NCBI GenBank assembly: GCA_965232515.1 | Contig: CBDDPY010000002.1 | Location: forward strand, 2,912,001 to 2,976,000 | From: Alphaproteobacteria bacterium | GTDB taxonomy: Bacteria; Pseudomonadota; Alphaproteobacteria; GCA-2731375 | Direction of reading: 5' to 3' | DNA: 64,000 nucleotides | Part shown: positions 51,624-61,722 of the stretch, piece by piece | Position numbering within the stretch: position 1 is the first letter of the stretch | Layout of the letters: every line of letters starts with the position of its first letter | Translations under genes and position numbers: made by a program | The notes under the pieces: model-generated | Database searches by the model: none | Told to the model about the DNA's origin: nothing | Seen by the model: the letters and a program-made list of their open reading frames with translations, nothing else

Positions 51624-53522
51624 ATGTGCGGCATTGCAGGCTTCTTGAACCTGGACGGTGAACCGGCGTCCGGCGTGCTTGTCAAACGCATGACCGACGC
51701 CATCATTCATCGCGGACCCGACGGCGAAGGTGTCTTCGCTGAGGGGCCGACCGGCCTGGGGCACCGGCGATTGTCAATCATTGACTTGTCTCCGGCCGGC
51801 CACCAGCCGATGGCGACGGCCGATGGCCGTTATGTCCTGACCTACAATGGCGAGATCTATAACTTTCAGGAACTGCGCATCGAATTGGAGGCGCTTGGCT
51901 ATCAGTTTCGCTCGCGCACCGACTCAGAAGTCGCGCTAAACGCCTTCGCCGAATGGGGTCCAGCCGCCCTGGACCGCTTCAATGGCATGTTCGCGTTCGC
52001 TATCTGGGATCGAAAAGACCGTGAGCTTTGGCTCGTGCGTGACCGCTTTGGCGTCAAACCGCTCTATTATGCCCGTGTCGGCAGCAAGTTATTATTCGCG
52101 TCGGAAGTTAAAGCGTTGCTTGCACATCCTGATCTTGACGCCAGATTGAACCCCAACGCACTTGCCGAGTATTTCACGTTCCAGAACATATTTACCGATC
52201 AGTGTCTGTTCGCTGGTGTACGACTGCTACAGCCGGGTACCTATCTGCGCATCAGCGCGGAGGTCGGCGCGATGACTGAGCCGAGACAGTATTGGGATTT
52301 CGCTTTCTCGGAACCAGGCAATCCCGGCGACGAAAAAGCCTATCTTGACGAACTCGATGCGCTGTTCCGGCAGGCGGTAAACCGCCAGCTCGTCAGCGAC
52401 GTTGACGTCGGCGCCTACCTGAGCGGCGGCATGGATTCCGGATCGATAACAGCGATCGCCAGCGCCCATTTCCGCGACCTCAAGAGCTTCACCGTCGGCT
52501 TCGATCTCAGTTCCGCCTCGGGCATCGAACTGGGTTTCGACGAACGACCGGCGGCCGAACATCTATCGTATCTGTTTGGCACCGAACATTACGAAATGGT
52601 GTTGAAAGCCGGCGACATGGAACGCTGCATGTCACGCCTTGTCTGGCACCTTGAAGATCTGCGCGTTGGACAGAGCTATCCGAATTTTTACGCCGCACAG
52701 CTCGCCGGAAAGTTCGGCAAGGTTGTGCTATCAGGCGCCGGCGGTGACGAACTGTTCGGCGGTTATCCGTGGCGGTACTACCGCGCCGTCGTCAATGACA
52801 GCTTTGAGCAATATGCCGACAAATACTACTCGTACTGGCAGCGGCTCGTGCCCGACGGAAAATTTACGCGACTGTTTGCACCGCTAGGCCACGAAATCTG
52901 CAACTTGGACACGCGAGATATCTTTCGTGATGTGTTCATTTCGCATGCGCATGAACTGACGACGCCGGGGGACTACATAAATCATTCGTTGTATTTTGAA
53001 GCGAAGACATTCTTGCACGGTCTCCTTTTGGTGGAAGACAAGCTGTCGATGGCGCATGGTCTGGAGACGCGCGTGCCTTTCCTGGACAGCGATCTTGTCG
53101 ACTTCGCCATGCGCTGTCCGGTTCGCTTGAAGCTGGGCAAGCTTGGCGAAGTTGTCGCATTGAACGAGAACGAACCCGGCCGGAAAACGCGGAAATACTT
53201 CGAGAAGACGAAAGACGGGAAACTTCTTTTGCGCAAGGCGATGCGGCGGTATGTGCCCGCAGATGTCGCTGGCCGGATCAAACAGGGCTTCTCGGCGCCC
53301 GATGCTACTTGGTTTCGCGGCGAAAGCATCGACTATGTCAATGAGCGGCTGCTCGGCTCGAATGGCGCGATATACGATTACTTCGACAGGGCGACGGTGA
53401 CGGATTTAGTCGACGATCACCTGTCGGGCCGTGAAAACCGACGGCTACTGATCTGGTCTCTGCTATGTTTCGAAGAATGGTGCCAGACATTCCTGTCACC
53501 ACAATTTGCCGCACGTCACTAA
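51624..53522 (+). CDS. asnB: Asparagine synthase-like glutamine amidotransferase (glycan-cluster type)
   Basis: MCGIAG, HRGPD, GHRRLSIIDL, YNGEIYN, RDRFGVKPLYY, LSGGMDS, SGAGGDELFGGY and ETRVPFLD. Confidence 0.92.
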   Translation: MCGIAGFLNLDGEPASGVLVKRMTDAIIHRGPDGEGVFAEGPTGLGHRRLSIIDLSPAGHQPMATADGRYVLTYNGEIYNFQELRIELEALGYQFRSRTDSEVALNAFAEWGPAALDRFNGMFAFAIWDRKDRELWLVRDRFGVKPLYYARVGSKLLFASEVKALLAHPDLDARLNPNALAEYFTFQNIFTDQCLFAGVRLLQPGTYLRISAEVGAMTEPRQYWDFAFSEPGNPGDEKAYLDELDALFRQAVNRQLVSDVDVGAYLSGGMDSGSITAIASAHFRDLKSFTVGFDLSSASGIELGFDERPAAEHLSYLFGTEHYEMVLKAGDMERCMSRLVWHLEDLRVGQSYPNFYAAQLAGKFGKVVLSGAGGDELFGGYPWRYYRAVVNDSFEQYADKYYSYWQRLVPDGKFTRLFAPLGHEICNLDTRDIFRDVFISHAHELTTPGDYINHSLYFEAKTFLHGLLLVEDKLSMAHGLETRVPFLDSDLVDFAMRCPVRLKLGKLGEVVALNENEPGRKTRKYFEKTKDGKLLLRKAMRRYVPADVAGRIKQGFSAPDATWFRGESIDYVNERLLGSNGAIYDYFDRATVTDLVDDHLSGRENRRLLIWSLLCFEEWCQTFLSPQFAARH

Positions 53523-53540
53523 TCGAGGCATGCGACGCAG

Positions 53541-53831
53541 GTGAGCGAAGACCTGATGACCCGAATCGAACGGAAGATCGGCGAAGCATTCGCCAGGCAA
53601 TGGCCGCACACGCCGGAGATGGCGGCCATACTGGATGCCGATACCCGTTACGACGAAACTGCCGGAGGTATTGTCGGGGGCATATCAATCAGCGTCACAG
53701 ACCAATCGGGCAAGAGTGTTACCGTGCATCATGAGCCGGCCGACGTCCTTAAATCCGCAGACGACGTTGACGATTGGCTGGCGCGGACGCTTTCGACATT
53801 GCTGTCTAAGCATCCGTCCTGGCCGCGCTGA
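53541..53831 (+). CDS. Hypothetical protein
   Basis: 96-aa ORF co-oriented in the operon gap, with no recognised motif. Confidence 0.45.
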   Translation: MSEDLMTRIERKIGEAFARQWPHTPEMAAILDADTRYDETAGGIVGGISISVTDQSGKSVTVHHEPADVLKSADDVDDWLARTLSTLLSKHPSWPR

Positions 53832-53960
53832 TAAGAGAAACTTGGCTTCCCGTCGGCGAATAACAAAGCGATGAGTTTGAACTCAAATCGAGGTCTGCAA
53901 GCAATGTCTGCATTGCAGTTTCGGACCTTGCCACGACGGTTTGGAAATTAGGGCGATCTG

Positions 53961-55112
53961 ATGGCATCATTCATACGTAAAGCACAATATGTGAGCAACA
54001 TATTGAAAAGCCGTCCGCGCGGCTGGCAGTCGCTGCTGTACAACACCACCATGGCGCAATTGCGCCGGACGGGGCCGCTGATGGCGCCTGTGCATGTTTC
54101 GATCGAACCGACCAATGTCTGCAATGCGCGCTGCCCGGTCTGTGAGACCGGCAAGGGCGATATGCAGCGCGCAAACGGCATGCTAGACCCCAACGCCTAC
54201 AAGACGTTCATAGACGATATTGCCAGCAGCACCAGCGTGCTCATGTTCTATTTCATGGGCGAGCCGTTCATGCACCGCGACGCCTACGACATGATCCGCT
54301 ATGCCAGAGAAAAGGGCATCTACGTCGAATCATGCACCAATGGCGACTTTGTCGACGCCAAGGGCATCATTTACTCTGATATCAATCAGATCAGCTTTCA
54401 GATCGGCGGTACGGACAACAGCACACACCGGACCTATCGCGTCCGCAGCAATCTGGATAAGGCGAAAAAGAACCTCTACGAACTGATCGAAGAACGGCGA
54501 AAGCATCCCAACTCTAATGTAACCATCGAGGTCGGCTTCATCGTGATGCGCCACAACGAGCATCAAGTCGAAGACTTCCTACGCTGGGCGGAGGACATCG
54601 GCATCGACAAGGCGAACATTATCGACCCCTGCGCCCGTAATATGTTGGAGGCGCACGCCTATCTGCCGAAGGATAAGAAGTACTGGTACTATGACGAGGA
54701 AGCCTTCGAGAAAGGCATCCTGAAGCCAAAACATGTACCCGACAATGAATGTACCTGGATATGGAATTCGATCCAGTTGAACTGGAATGGCGATGCCGTG
54801 CCCTGTTGCCGCGACCCGAACGGCGAGTTCGTCCTTGGCAACGTTTTCGATTCCGGCCTGCAAGCGGTATTCAATGGCGACAACGCGCGCGACTTCCGAC
54901 GCCGAATTCTTGATGCTCAGGGTAGTGTGAGTATTTGCGAGCTGTGCTCAGGCTACGGGCTGCCAAACCTCGGTAGGACCCGGCCGGCAAACTTCTCTAT
55001 CGAGCGTCATACCGTGCAACCGAACTACGATGCCGTCGCAGCTTTGCTCCAGGACATCGATCCGGAGATGGCCGCGAATGAGCAACACTCAGTCGCCAGT
55101 GTGAATTCATGA
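53961..55112 (+). CDS. Radical SAM enzyme with SPASM/twitch domain
   Basis: IEPTNVCNARCPVC (CxxxCxxC), GEPF and TNG. The C-terminus has C..IW..IQLNWNGDAVPCC...LGNV...ICELC. Confidence 0.92.
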   Translation: MASFIRKAQYVSNILKSRPRGWQSLLYNTTMAQLRRTGPLMAPVHVSIEPTNVCNARCPVCETGKGDMQRANGMLDPNAYKTFIDDIASSTSVLMFYFMGEPFMHRDAYDMIRYAREKGIYVESCTNGDFVDAKGIIYSDINQISFQIGGTDNSTHRTYRVRSNLDKAKKNLYELIEERRKHPNSNVTIEVGFIVMRHNEHQVEDFLRWAEDIGIDKANIIDPCARNMLEAHAYLPKDKKYWYYDEEAFEKGILKPKHVPDNECTWIWNSIQLNWNGDAVPCCRDPNGEFVLGNVFDSGLQAVFNGDNARDFRRRILDAQGSVSICELCSGYGLPNLGRTRPANFSIERHTVQPNYDAVAALLQDIDPEMAANEQHSVASVNS

Positions 55113-55220
55113 GGTCGGAGAAAGTGCCCTGCCCGCATCGGTTGCGCCATGCGTTTAGTCGCGGTGACCTGACACTGTGAAATTATACTGTCAGAGCACC
55201 GATCGGGCTCGGCTCTCCGG

Positions 55221-56297
55221 TTGCGATACGTAACTAATCAGACCCGAGTCGAGGCCCTGATGGCGTCTGCCATCGAAGATTTTGAGCTCGACCTCAGCGA
55301 TATCAATGTTCTTACCGAAGCCGGCTCGGCGACTTTCGCTGTAACGCCGCTCATTGCCGCTATGGCCGGCGCCAATTACGTATTCGCCGTCTCTCGCGAT
55401 TCCCAACATGGTAGGGCCGCCGACATTTTCGACTATGTACGCAGCTGGGCCGGCCGGTTGGGAGTCCGCAAACAAATAGAGTTCAGCACATGCCCACCGG
55501 CCGACCACGCTCCCGACAGCCACTTAGTGACAAATCTCGGCTTTGTGCGCCCGCTAGATCGCGATCTGCTTCGTCGATTGCCTCCTGATGCTGCCATAGC
55601 CCTCATGTGGGAACCTTGGGAGCTGCGCGATGCCGACATCGATGTTATCGCCTGCCGCGAATTCGACGTTCCGGTGCTTGGGACGAAGGAAACGCACCAC
55701 CGATTGATGACATTCCGCTATGTCGGGATGCTCGCGCTCAAGCTTTTGCTTGAGGCAAAAATCGAGGTGTTTCAGTGCTCGATTGCAGTTGTCGGCTCAG
55801 ACCCGTTCGGTTGCGAGACAGCAAGGGTTCTCGAATCCCTCGACGCCAACGTCATAAGAATTCCGGCAGCGGAGCTTTTTGACGGTGAGGCAACAGCGAT
55901 GCGGGATAGGTTGGCGGGCGTTGATGCCATCGTGCTTGTGGAACATCGCGACCACCGGATGCTGATCTCGGAAGGCGGCTGCATATCCGCCAAGTGGCTT
56001 GCAGATAATGCCGTAACGTTGGTGCATATCTGTGGCCGTGTCGACCTCGACGCCGTACGGGCGGCCTCGGTCAACAGAATACCTGAGAATTCGGCTACGC
56101 CGGGATCCATGACCTTGACGACCGAATATGTCGGACCGCGACCGGTCGTCGACCTGCACGCCGCGGGCCTGCGCGTTGGCGAGCTACTGGTTCGCGGCCG
56201 CCGTGATTTCGGCGACACGCGGCGTGCCGTCGCGTCGGCATTGGCCAGCGGCTTGGCATTAGAGCTTGAACCTGCGAACGCCAGCGAAACGCAATGA
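55221..56297 (+). CDS. Hypothetical soluble enzyme-like protein (start uncertain)
   Basis: 358-aa ORF whose stop overlaps the next start (ATGA). It has a globular alpha/beta pattern (VLTEAGS, VTNLGFVRP, LMWEPWELR, VVGSDPFG, DLHAAGLRVG), but I cannot name the family. Confidence 0.7.
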   Translation: MRYVTNQTRVEALMASAIEDFELDLSDINVLTEAGSATFAVTPLIAAMAGANYVFAVSRDSQHGRAADIFDYVRSWAGRLGVRKQIEFSTCPPADHAPDSHLVTNLGFVRPLDRDLLRRLPPDAAIALMWEPWELRDADIDVIACREFDVPVLGTKETHHRLMTFRYVGMLALKLLLEAKIEVFQCSIAVVGSDPFGCETARVLESLDANVIRIPAAELFDGEATAMRDRLAGVDAIVLVEHRDHRMLISEGGCISAKWLADNAVTLVHICGRVDLDAVRAASVNRIPENSATPGSMTLTTEYVGPRPVVDLHAAGLRVGELLVRGRRDFGDTRRAVASALASGLALELEPANASETQ

Positions 56298-57229
56298 GGG
56301 TGGCATTGATCGGCCGCACTGGCATGTTACTGCGATGTGCCGAATTGCTGCGGCGCGATGGCCATCAGATTGGTTTCGTCGCGACCTGTCGCGCCGAGCC
56401 TTACTACGACGTGCGGGAAGTCGATTTCGAAACACTGGCTAACAACGCCTGTGTAGGTTTTTTCAATTCGGCAAACATCAACACGCCAGAACGCGTGGCG
56501 GAACTTCGCGCGGCACAGTGCGACATAGCAATTTCGGTCAATTGGCTGAACATCATCAAAGACGCGGCGATAGCGGCATTTCCGCACGGCATCATCAACG
56601 CGCATGCAGGCGACCTGCCGAGGTTTCGAGGCAACGCTTGTCCGAACTGGGCGATACTCGCTGATGAACCGCATGTCGGACTGTGCGTCCACCAGATGGA
56701 ACCAGGCGCCTTGGATAGCGGACCGGTGCTGTTGCGGACAAAATTTCCGTTGGGACCGGACAGCTACATCTCCGAGGTATATGACTGGCTGAACCAACAG
56801 GTTCCCAAGCAGCTCGTAGACGCAGTTGACGGAATTGCCAGCGGCTCATTGAAGCCGACGCCGCAGCCTAACGATCTTGCCCAGAGCTTGCGCTGCTACA
56901 GCCGTCGTCCCGAGGATGCCCGGATCGATTGGCGGCAGGATGCCAAATCTATTCACCGCTTGGTTCGAGCGTCTTCTCGACCATTCTCCGGCGCTAGCTC
57001 GACTTTGGAAGAGACGCAAAAAGTCACAATCTGGCGAGCTGATTTGCTGGAACCAGAATTCGCCTTTTTGGCGGTTCCCGGCCAGATAATTGACGCAGTT
57101 GACGGCGATCCCGTGATCGCCTGCGGCAACGGCGCCCTAAGGTTGACCGAGGTCAATCTCGACGACGACCCTGATGGGCCGGCGGCGAAGCGCGAGATCG
57201 CCCGTAGCACGCGTCGGAGGCTCGTGTGA
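56294..57229 (+). CDS. N10-formyl-THF-dependent formyltransferase (Fmt-like, probably a sugar N-formyltransferase)
   Basis: INAHAGDLPRFRGNACPNWAI, HQM..GALDSGPV, ARIDW, PGQI and IACGNGALRL. Confidence 0.85.
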   Translation: MRVALIGRTGMLLRCAELLRRDGHQIGFVATCRAEPYYDVREVDFETLANNACVGFFNSANINTPERVAELRAAQCDIAISVNWLNIIKDAAIAAFPHGIINAHAGDLPRFRGNACPNWAILADEPHVGLCVHQMEPGALDSGPVLLRTKFPLGPDSYISEVYDWLNQQVPKQLVDAVDGIASGSLKPTPQPNDLAQSLRCYSRRPEDARIDWRQDAKSIHRLVRASSRPFSGASSTLEETQKVTIWRADLLEPEFAFLAVPGQIIDAVDGDPVIACGNGALRLTEVNLDDDPDGPAAKREIARSTRRRLV

Positions 57230-57230
57230 G

Positions 57231-58457
57231 ATGGGATCGGGCAAGCCGCGCATCATGTTTCTGGTTTCCGCCGAATTCGAGAGCCTGGCGCGAAAAAACG
57301 TCGTGCATATGGTTCTCGACAGAGACGAAGGCGGATTTTTCGAACGCGTCGTCACGGTCCATCCCTTTACCCGGAAACATCAGGTTATCAGGTTGAACGA
57401 CGTCCATCAGGTTTACGAACTCGGCGGAATCAAACCGGGTCGCTGGCTGCGGCGACAATTGCGCCTCAGCATTCACCTGCTAGGGGTCGTTCGCGAAACA
57501 ATTCAGCTGGTCGACAATCAACGGATCGACATTATCCGCGCAACCGATCCTTATTGGATGGGCTTCATCGGCTATTGCGTTCGTATGCTGCGCCCCAATG
57601 TGAAAACCTGCGTCTCGATACATGCGGAATATGATAACCGGCATTCTCTAGATGGCGCACAGGGTGCGCCCGTCGTTTTCGGATCGAGGCGGATTGCGAA
57701 GATGCTCGAGCGTTTCGTGCTGTCGCACACACCGTTGATATTGCCGATCCGGGACAGTCTGCGAGACTACGCGATCGCCAATGGCGCACGCGCCGATTCG
57801 ACACGGGTAATTCCTCACGGCATCAACTTTGACGACTTCCGGCATGCTGTATCGTATGACGTTCGGGACCGGTACGGACTAGACCGCAACGTCCAGATAG
57901 TCAGTTTCGTCGGACGCCTGTCCAGAGAAAATTACGTGGACGATGTTCTCGAACTCGCACGCCGACTGGCGAAAAATCGCAGCGATTTCATTATTGTGTT
58001 GGCAGGTGGCGGTACGGAAGAAAATCGACTGCGCGCACTCGTCTCGGAAGATGAGCGTCTGAAGAGATTTATCCGGATGGTCGGCTTCATCCCTCGGGAA
58101 GAAGTGACGGCGCTAAGGCAGGCAAGCGCCATCTCACTTTGCCTGATGGGCGGCTTTAGTCTTATTGAAGCCTGCGCTGCGGCCTCTGCGGTCGTAGCTT
58201 ATGACGTCGAATGGCATGCAGAGTTGGTGCACGACGGCAAAACCGGATTTCTCGTTCCGACAAAAGATATCGACGTATTGACCGAGAGAGTGGATTTTCT
58301 GTTGAGCGATCAGGAAAAGACGCAATTCATGGGGCAAGAGGCGCGCCAACTCGCGAAAAAGCTCCACAGCCTCGAGGCAACCTCCAAAACAAAGGTTGCA
58401 CACTATGCGCACCTGCTCGAATCCGAACTGAAAAGACGCTCAAGACAGACAATCTGA
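57231..58457 (+). CDS. GT4 family glycosyltransferase
   Basis: VIPHGI, FVGRLSRE, GFSLIEACAA..VVAYDV and ELVHDGKTGFLV. Start at ATG 57231 after GGAGG. Confidence 0.88.
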   Translation: MGSGKPRIMFLVSAEFESLARKNVVHMVLDRDEGGFFERVVTVHPFTRKHQVIRLNDVHQVYELGGIKPGRWLRRQLRLSIHLLGVVRETIQLVDNQRIDIIRATDPYWMGFIGYCVRMLRPNVKTCVSIHAEYDNRHSLDGAQGAPVVFGSRRIAKMLERFVLSHTPLILPIRDSLRDYAIANGARADSTRVIPHGINFDDFRHAVSYDVRDRYGLDRNVQIVSFVGRLSRENYVDDVLELARRLAKNRSDFIIVLAGGGTEENRLRALVSEDERLKRFIRMVGFIPREEVTALRQASAISLCLMGGFSLIEACAAASAVVAYDVEWHAELVHDGKTGFLVPTKDIDVLTERVDFLLSDQEKTQFMGQEARQLAKKLHSLEATSKTKVAHYAHLLESELKRRSRQTI

Positions 58458-58492
58458 CGAGAACCGCGCCCGATCTGGCGCAAGTGGAAATT

Positions 58493-59354
58493 ATGTGAAT
58501 TTTACTATTGGGATCGACCGATCTCACCCTGGCAATCGGCAATTAGATGCTGGACATGAATGTCGGTTTGGCTGGCGTCGTCCAAGTCAAGGGGCCTTTC
58601 CGGATATCATATGCGCCCAACGGTCAGGGAAATGCGTGAAGTGAATGTCGGAACTTGGTGCGAGCGTCGCAAGATACCGTCGTACGAATACGAAAATAGC
58701 CAGACGATCATCGATTCAGCGAACGAGACCAATGCCGACGTTCTTTTGGCGGCAGTCTGGTATCACATGTTGGGCCGGCAAGTCAGAGCCAAATTTCCAT
58801 TAGGCGCACTCGGCCTGTATGCCTCGCTTCTGCCCAAATTCAAAGGCGGCACACCGCTCAATTGGGCAATTCTGTCGGGCGAGTCCGAAACAGGAATTTC
58901 GCTGTTTGAACCCGGGGATGGCGTGGACGACGGTAAGGTCTATGGACAGAAGCGGTTTCCGATCGCCTCGGATACGACGATTACCGAATTGGTCAACACG
59001 GCGGAGGTCGGCGCCCTCGAACTGATCGCCGAATGCCTGCCGCGCATCGCGGACCGCTCGCTGGAACCAAGACCGCAACACGGAACCGCCAGCCATTGCC
59101 TACAACACAAGCCCGAAGACCGGCGGATCGATTGGAAAATTTCGGCGATTGGCATATGATAGGTGGTCGGGGCGGTGAACCATCCGTATACGGGTGCTAC
59201 GACACGATTGGACGATCAGACCGTCTACATATGGCGCCGCACAACGCTGCCGATCGATCCGCCCCTGGTGCTCGGCTGTCCCGGCCAGATTGCGCGGATT
59301 CCAGAGACCGTTCTGCCTTGCGTCGTGACCGGCTCGGGCACTCATCACAATTGA
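58493..59354 (+). pseudogene. Second formyltransferase, inactivated
   Basis: M*ILLLGSTDLTLAIGN*ML... (TGA 58496, TAG 58544), a frameshift, then WYHML..LGLYASLLPKFKGGTPLNWAI..GVDDG..RIDW, followed by further stops near 59157-59162. Confidence 0.8.
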
Positions 59355-59678
59355 AGAGGCATCGGATGAGACCTGAAACGATATTATCCCGCTTCTTAAG
59401 AAATTATACCATCGACGACTGAACTGACTGGCGAACTGGCAAGCCGCAAAATGGATTCCACTGCAAAAGCTTTCCAGAAATTATATTTCAGATTTGTTCT
59501 CAAAGCATTTTACCAAAGAGTGACGGGCGTCAATCGCACTACCATCTTGGCGAGATGCTTTTCCTTGTCTTGATATTCCTCATTTCTACGCAATATCGAA
59601 AATCCAAAAAGCGCACAAAATGAACACTTAACAAAACTCCACTCAAAAGCATCAACTTAAATCGATCTCTCGAGTATC

Positions 59679-60467
59679 GTGCTCAAGAAAACTGAAATAG
59701 AGCAATTTACGGCATCGTTCTGCGAGGCAGCCGCGGACCGAGTAGGTCCAAATTACTTCCGCACTCGACGTTTGGAATTTGTCCTCCAACGCATGTTGTT
59801 GCCAGAACTATTTAGTGATCGCTACCAGCGGGCGCTTGAGCTCGGATGCGGCATCGGCTTCAAGGCTCTGCTGATGAGGGAATTCGCAGAGCAAGTTGAT
59901 GGCATAGACATTGACCAACCCTATCACGGTTTCATGGCAGACGTGCCATCGATTAATATAGGTAAAGAATTATTGAGCAGGATCGGAATTGATGGCATTC
60001 GACTTCGCTCCGCCGATTTCTTGACGTTTATGAATGAACATCATGCTCAATATGATCTGATCTATTCCGACTATCTTTTAGAACATGTTCCTGACTTGCC
60101 ATCTCTCTATACGGCGATCTTGGCAGCACTAAAACCTGGCGGCCTAGCATTGCACATTGTCCCCAATACGCATGATGCTCTGATTCAACTGTCGAATGAA
60201 AATCTGCGTCCAACCTTGTCAGCTTTGAAAAGAGTCGCCAAGGCAAGTCTGAGCCAGGCATTCAGCGGCAGTCGGCGGCGGCCCAAAATGACAGGTGTCG
60301 GGTATTTCATGCCGGAAACTCATTCGGAATTCATTTCCGATTTTCGTGATCAATTCGAAGTTTTTCGAATAGAGAACTACGTATTTCCAATGATAGAGGC
60401 CGGCTTTACAATTGAAAAAATTGTTCCATTAAGAGAACATAGTTATGGTATTTCTTGTCGAAAATAA
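59679..60467 (+). CDS. Class I SAM-dependent methyltransferase
   Basis: ALELGCGIG, GIDID, YDLIYSDYLLEHVPD and LKPGG. Confidence 0.88.
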   Translation: MLKKTEIEQFTASFCEAAADRVGPNYFRTRRLEFVLQRMLLPELFSDRYQRALELGCGIGFKALLMREFAEQVDGIDIDQPYHGFMADVPSINIGKELLSRIGIDGIRLRSADFLTFMNEHHAQYDLIYSDYLLEHVPDLPSLYTAILAALKPGGLALHIVPNTHDALIQLSNENLRPTLSALKRVAKASLSQAFSGSRRRPKMTGVGYFMPETHSEFISDFRDQFEVFRIENYVFPMIEAGFTIEKIVPLREHSYGISCRK

Positions 60468-60489
60468 ATAAATTATTTGGAATATATAA

Positions 60490-61722
60490 ATGAAAAAAAA
60501 TAAAATAAAAATCCTGTATCTTGACAGCCTTTTATCTTATATAAATCCATCCAGGAACCTAATTCCCAACATACTATCTAAAGCCGGAGTTTTGTATTGT
60601 TACGGACCCGGATATACCGCATCTGATGAACTAAAACGTGGATGCAAAGCATTTTCAGACAAGCATGGTCCCTTCGACATCATTATTTCTAGCATTCACA
60701 TAACATTAACTAGATTTTATCCAAAAGAAAATATTGAAAATAGACTACGACATTACGCGAGATCATTTCCTAACGAAGATTTATTGCATTTTGATGATAT
60801 GTTCGAATTTTTCTTGAAATTCGATGGTCCAAAACTCGCCTTGATGCTTGAAAGCGATCCGTACAATTTCTCGGCAAAACAAATCGATATATTGAATCAG
60901 ATCAACACTTACCTAATCGGTTGGGGTATTAATTCGATAGAATCGAAAAAAAATCTCCGCTTTATTAAGGAAGAATCGTTCGGACAAAGAATTAATGACA
61001 ATTACTTCGAGTTCATTCGAGAGAGCCGCAATCGTGTCGTTGAATTTCATCACTATGTAAGCGAACACGAGCTCTGCTGGACACCGTTGGCGCATCGCTC
61101 AACGCCGTGGTCGATCCTCGGCGCGATGTATCGGGCACGGCGTATTGCCATAGACACTCTAAAGGAAAACGGAATCAGGGCGTCGAAAGCGCACTATGGT
61201 TTTCCATTTGAATTGGCTCGAAGATTTCGGCTCCTTGGCCCCCCGACTCGCACCGAACAGGCAATTGTAAACTACGCATTTCGACGGAAAATGCAGACGG
61301 CGCGCTATGGCTATACCTGCGGGTCCGCCCTGCGCTATCCGATCCGGAAATACTTTGAAATTCCTGCTGCCGGCGCCGTCCTTGTTTGCGATCCCTGCGC
61401 CGGCTTCGAGGATCTTGGTTTCGTCGACGGCGAAAACGCCATCGTGTGCGAACCGGAAGGCGTGCACAAAGTGCATCACCTCCTGGAAAATGAACCGGAA
61501 CGCGCGCAGAAAATAGCGGACCGTGGACGCGCGTTGGTGCTTGATCGACACGTCGTCGGCGCACGAGCAAGGCAACTGCGGGAATGCCTCGAAGCCATTG
61601 TCGATGGCACGTTCGCCGGTTCGCGCTGGAACAAGGGCCGGTTCGAGGTGATCCGCAAGAAGGAACATTCGCCGAATATCCCGACAAGCGCCCAGGCGTC
61701 GGCCGGCCAGATTCCACATTGA
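60490..61722 (+). CDS. Glycosyltransferase with CgeB-like / Glyco_trans_1_2 C-terminal domain
   Basis: IRKYFEIPAAGAVL, GFVDGENAI and AQKIADRGRALVLDRH...RA. Confidence 0.75.
   Translation: MKKNKIKILYLDSLLSYINPSRNLIPNILSKAGVLYCYGPGYTASDELKRGCKAFSDKHGPFDIIISSIHITLTRFYPKENIENRLRHYARSFPNEDLLHFDDMFEFFLKFDGPKLALMLESDPYNFSAKQIDILNQINTYLIGWGINSIESKKNLRFIKEESFGQRINDNYFEFIRESRNRVVEFHHYVSEHELCWTPLAHRSTPWSILGAMYRARRIAIDTLKENGIRASKAHYGFPFELARRFRLLGPPTRTEQAIVNYAFRRKMQTARYGYTCGSALRYPIRKYFEIPAAGAVLVCDPCAGFEDLGFVDGENAIVCEPEGVHKVHHLLENEPERAQKIADRGRALVLDRHVVGARARQLRECLEAIVDGTFAGSRWNKGRFEVIRKKEHSPNIPTSAQASAGQIPH

Noticed and set aside
56294-57229. Housekeeping methionyl-tRNA formyltransferase (fmt)
   Set aside because: It lacks the typical FMGTPxF start and the def neighbour, and sits in a glycan operon.
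42728-58546. TAG-to-Gln recoding (ambers at likely Gln positions at 42728, 44646 and 58544)
   Set aside because: Two of the three genes also carry frameshifts, deletions or TGA stops, and many intact genes in the window end in TAG. C-to-T decay is the simpler explanation.
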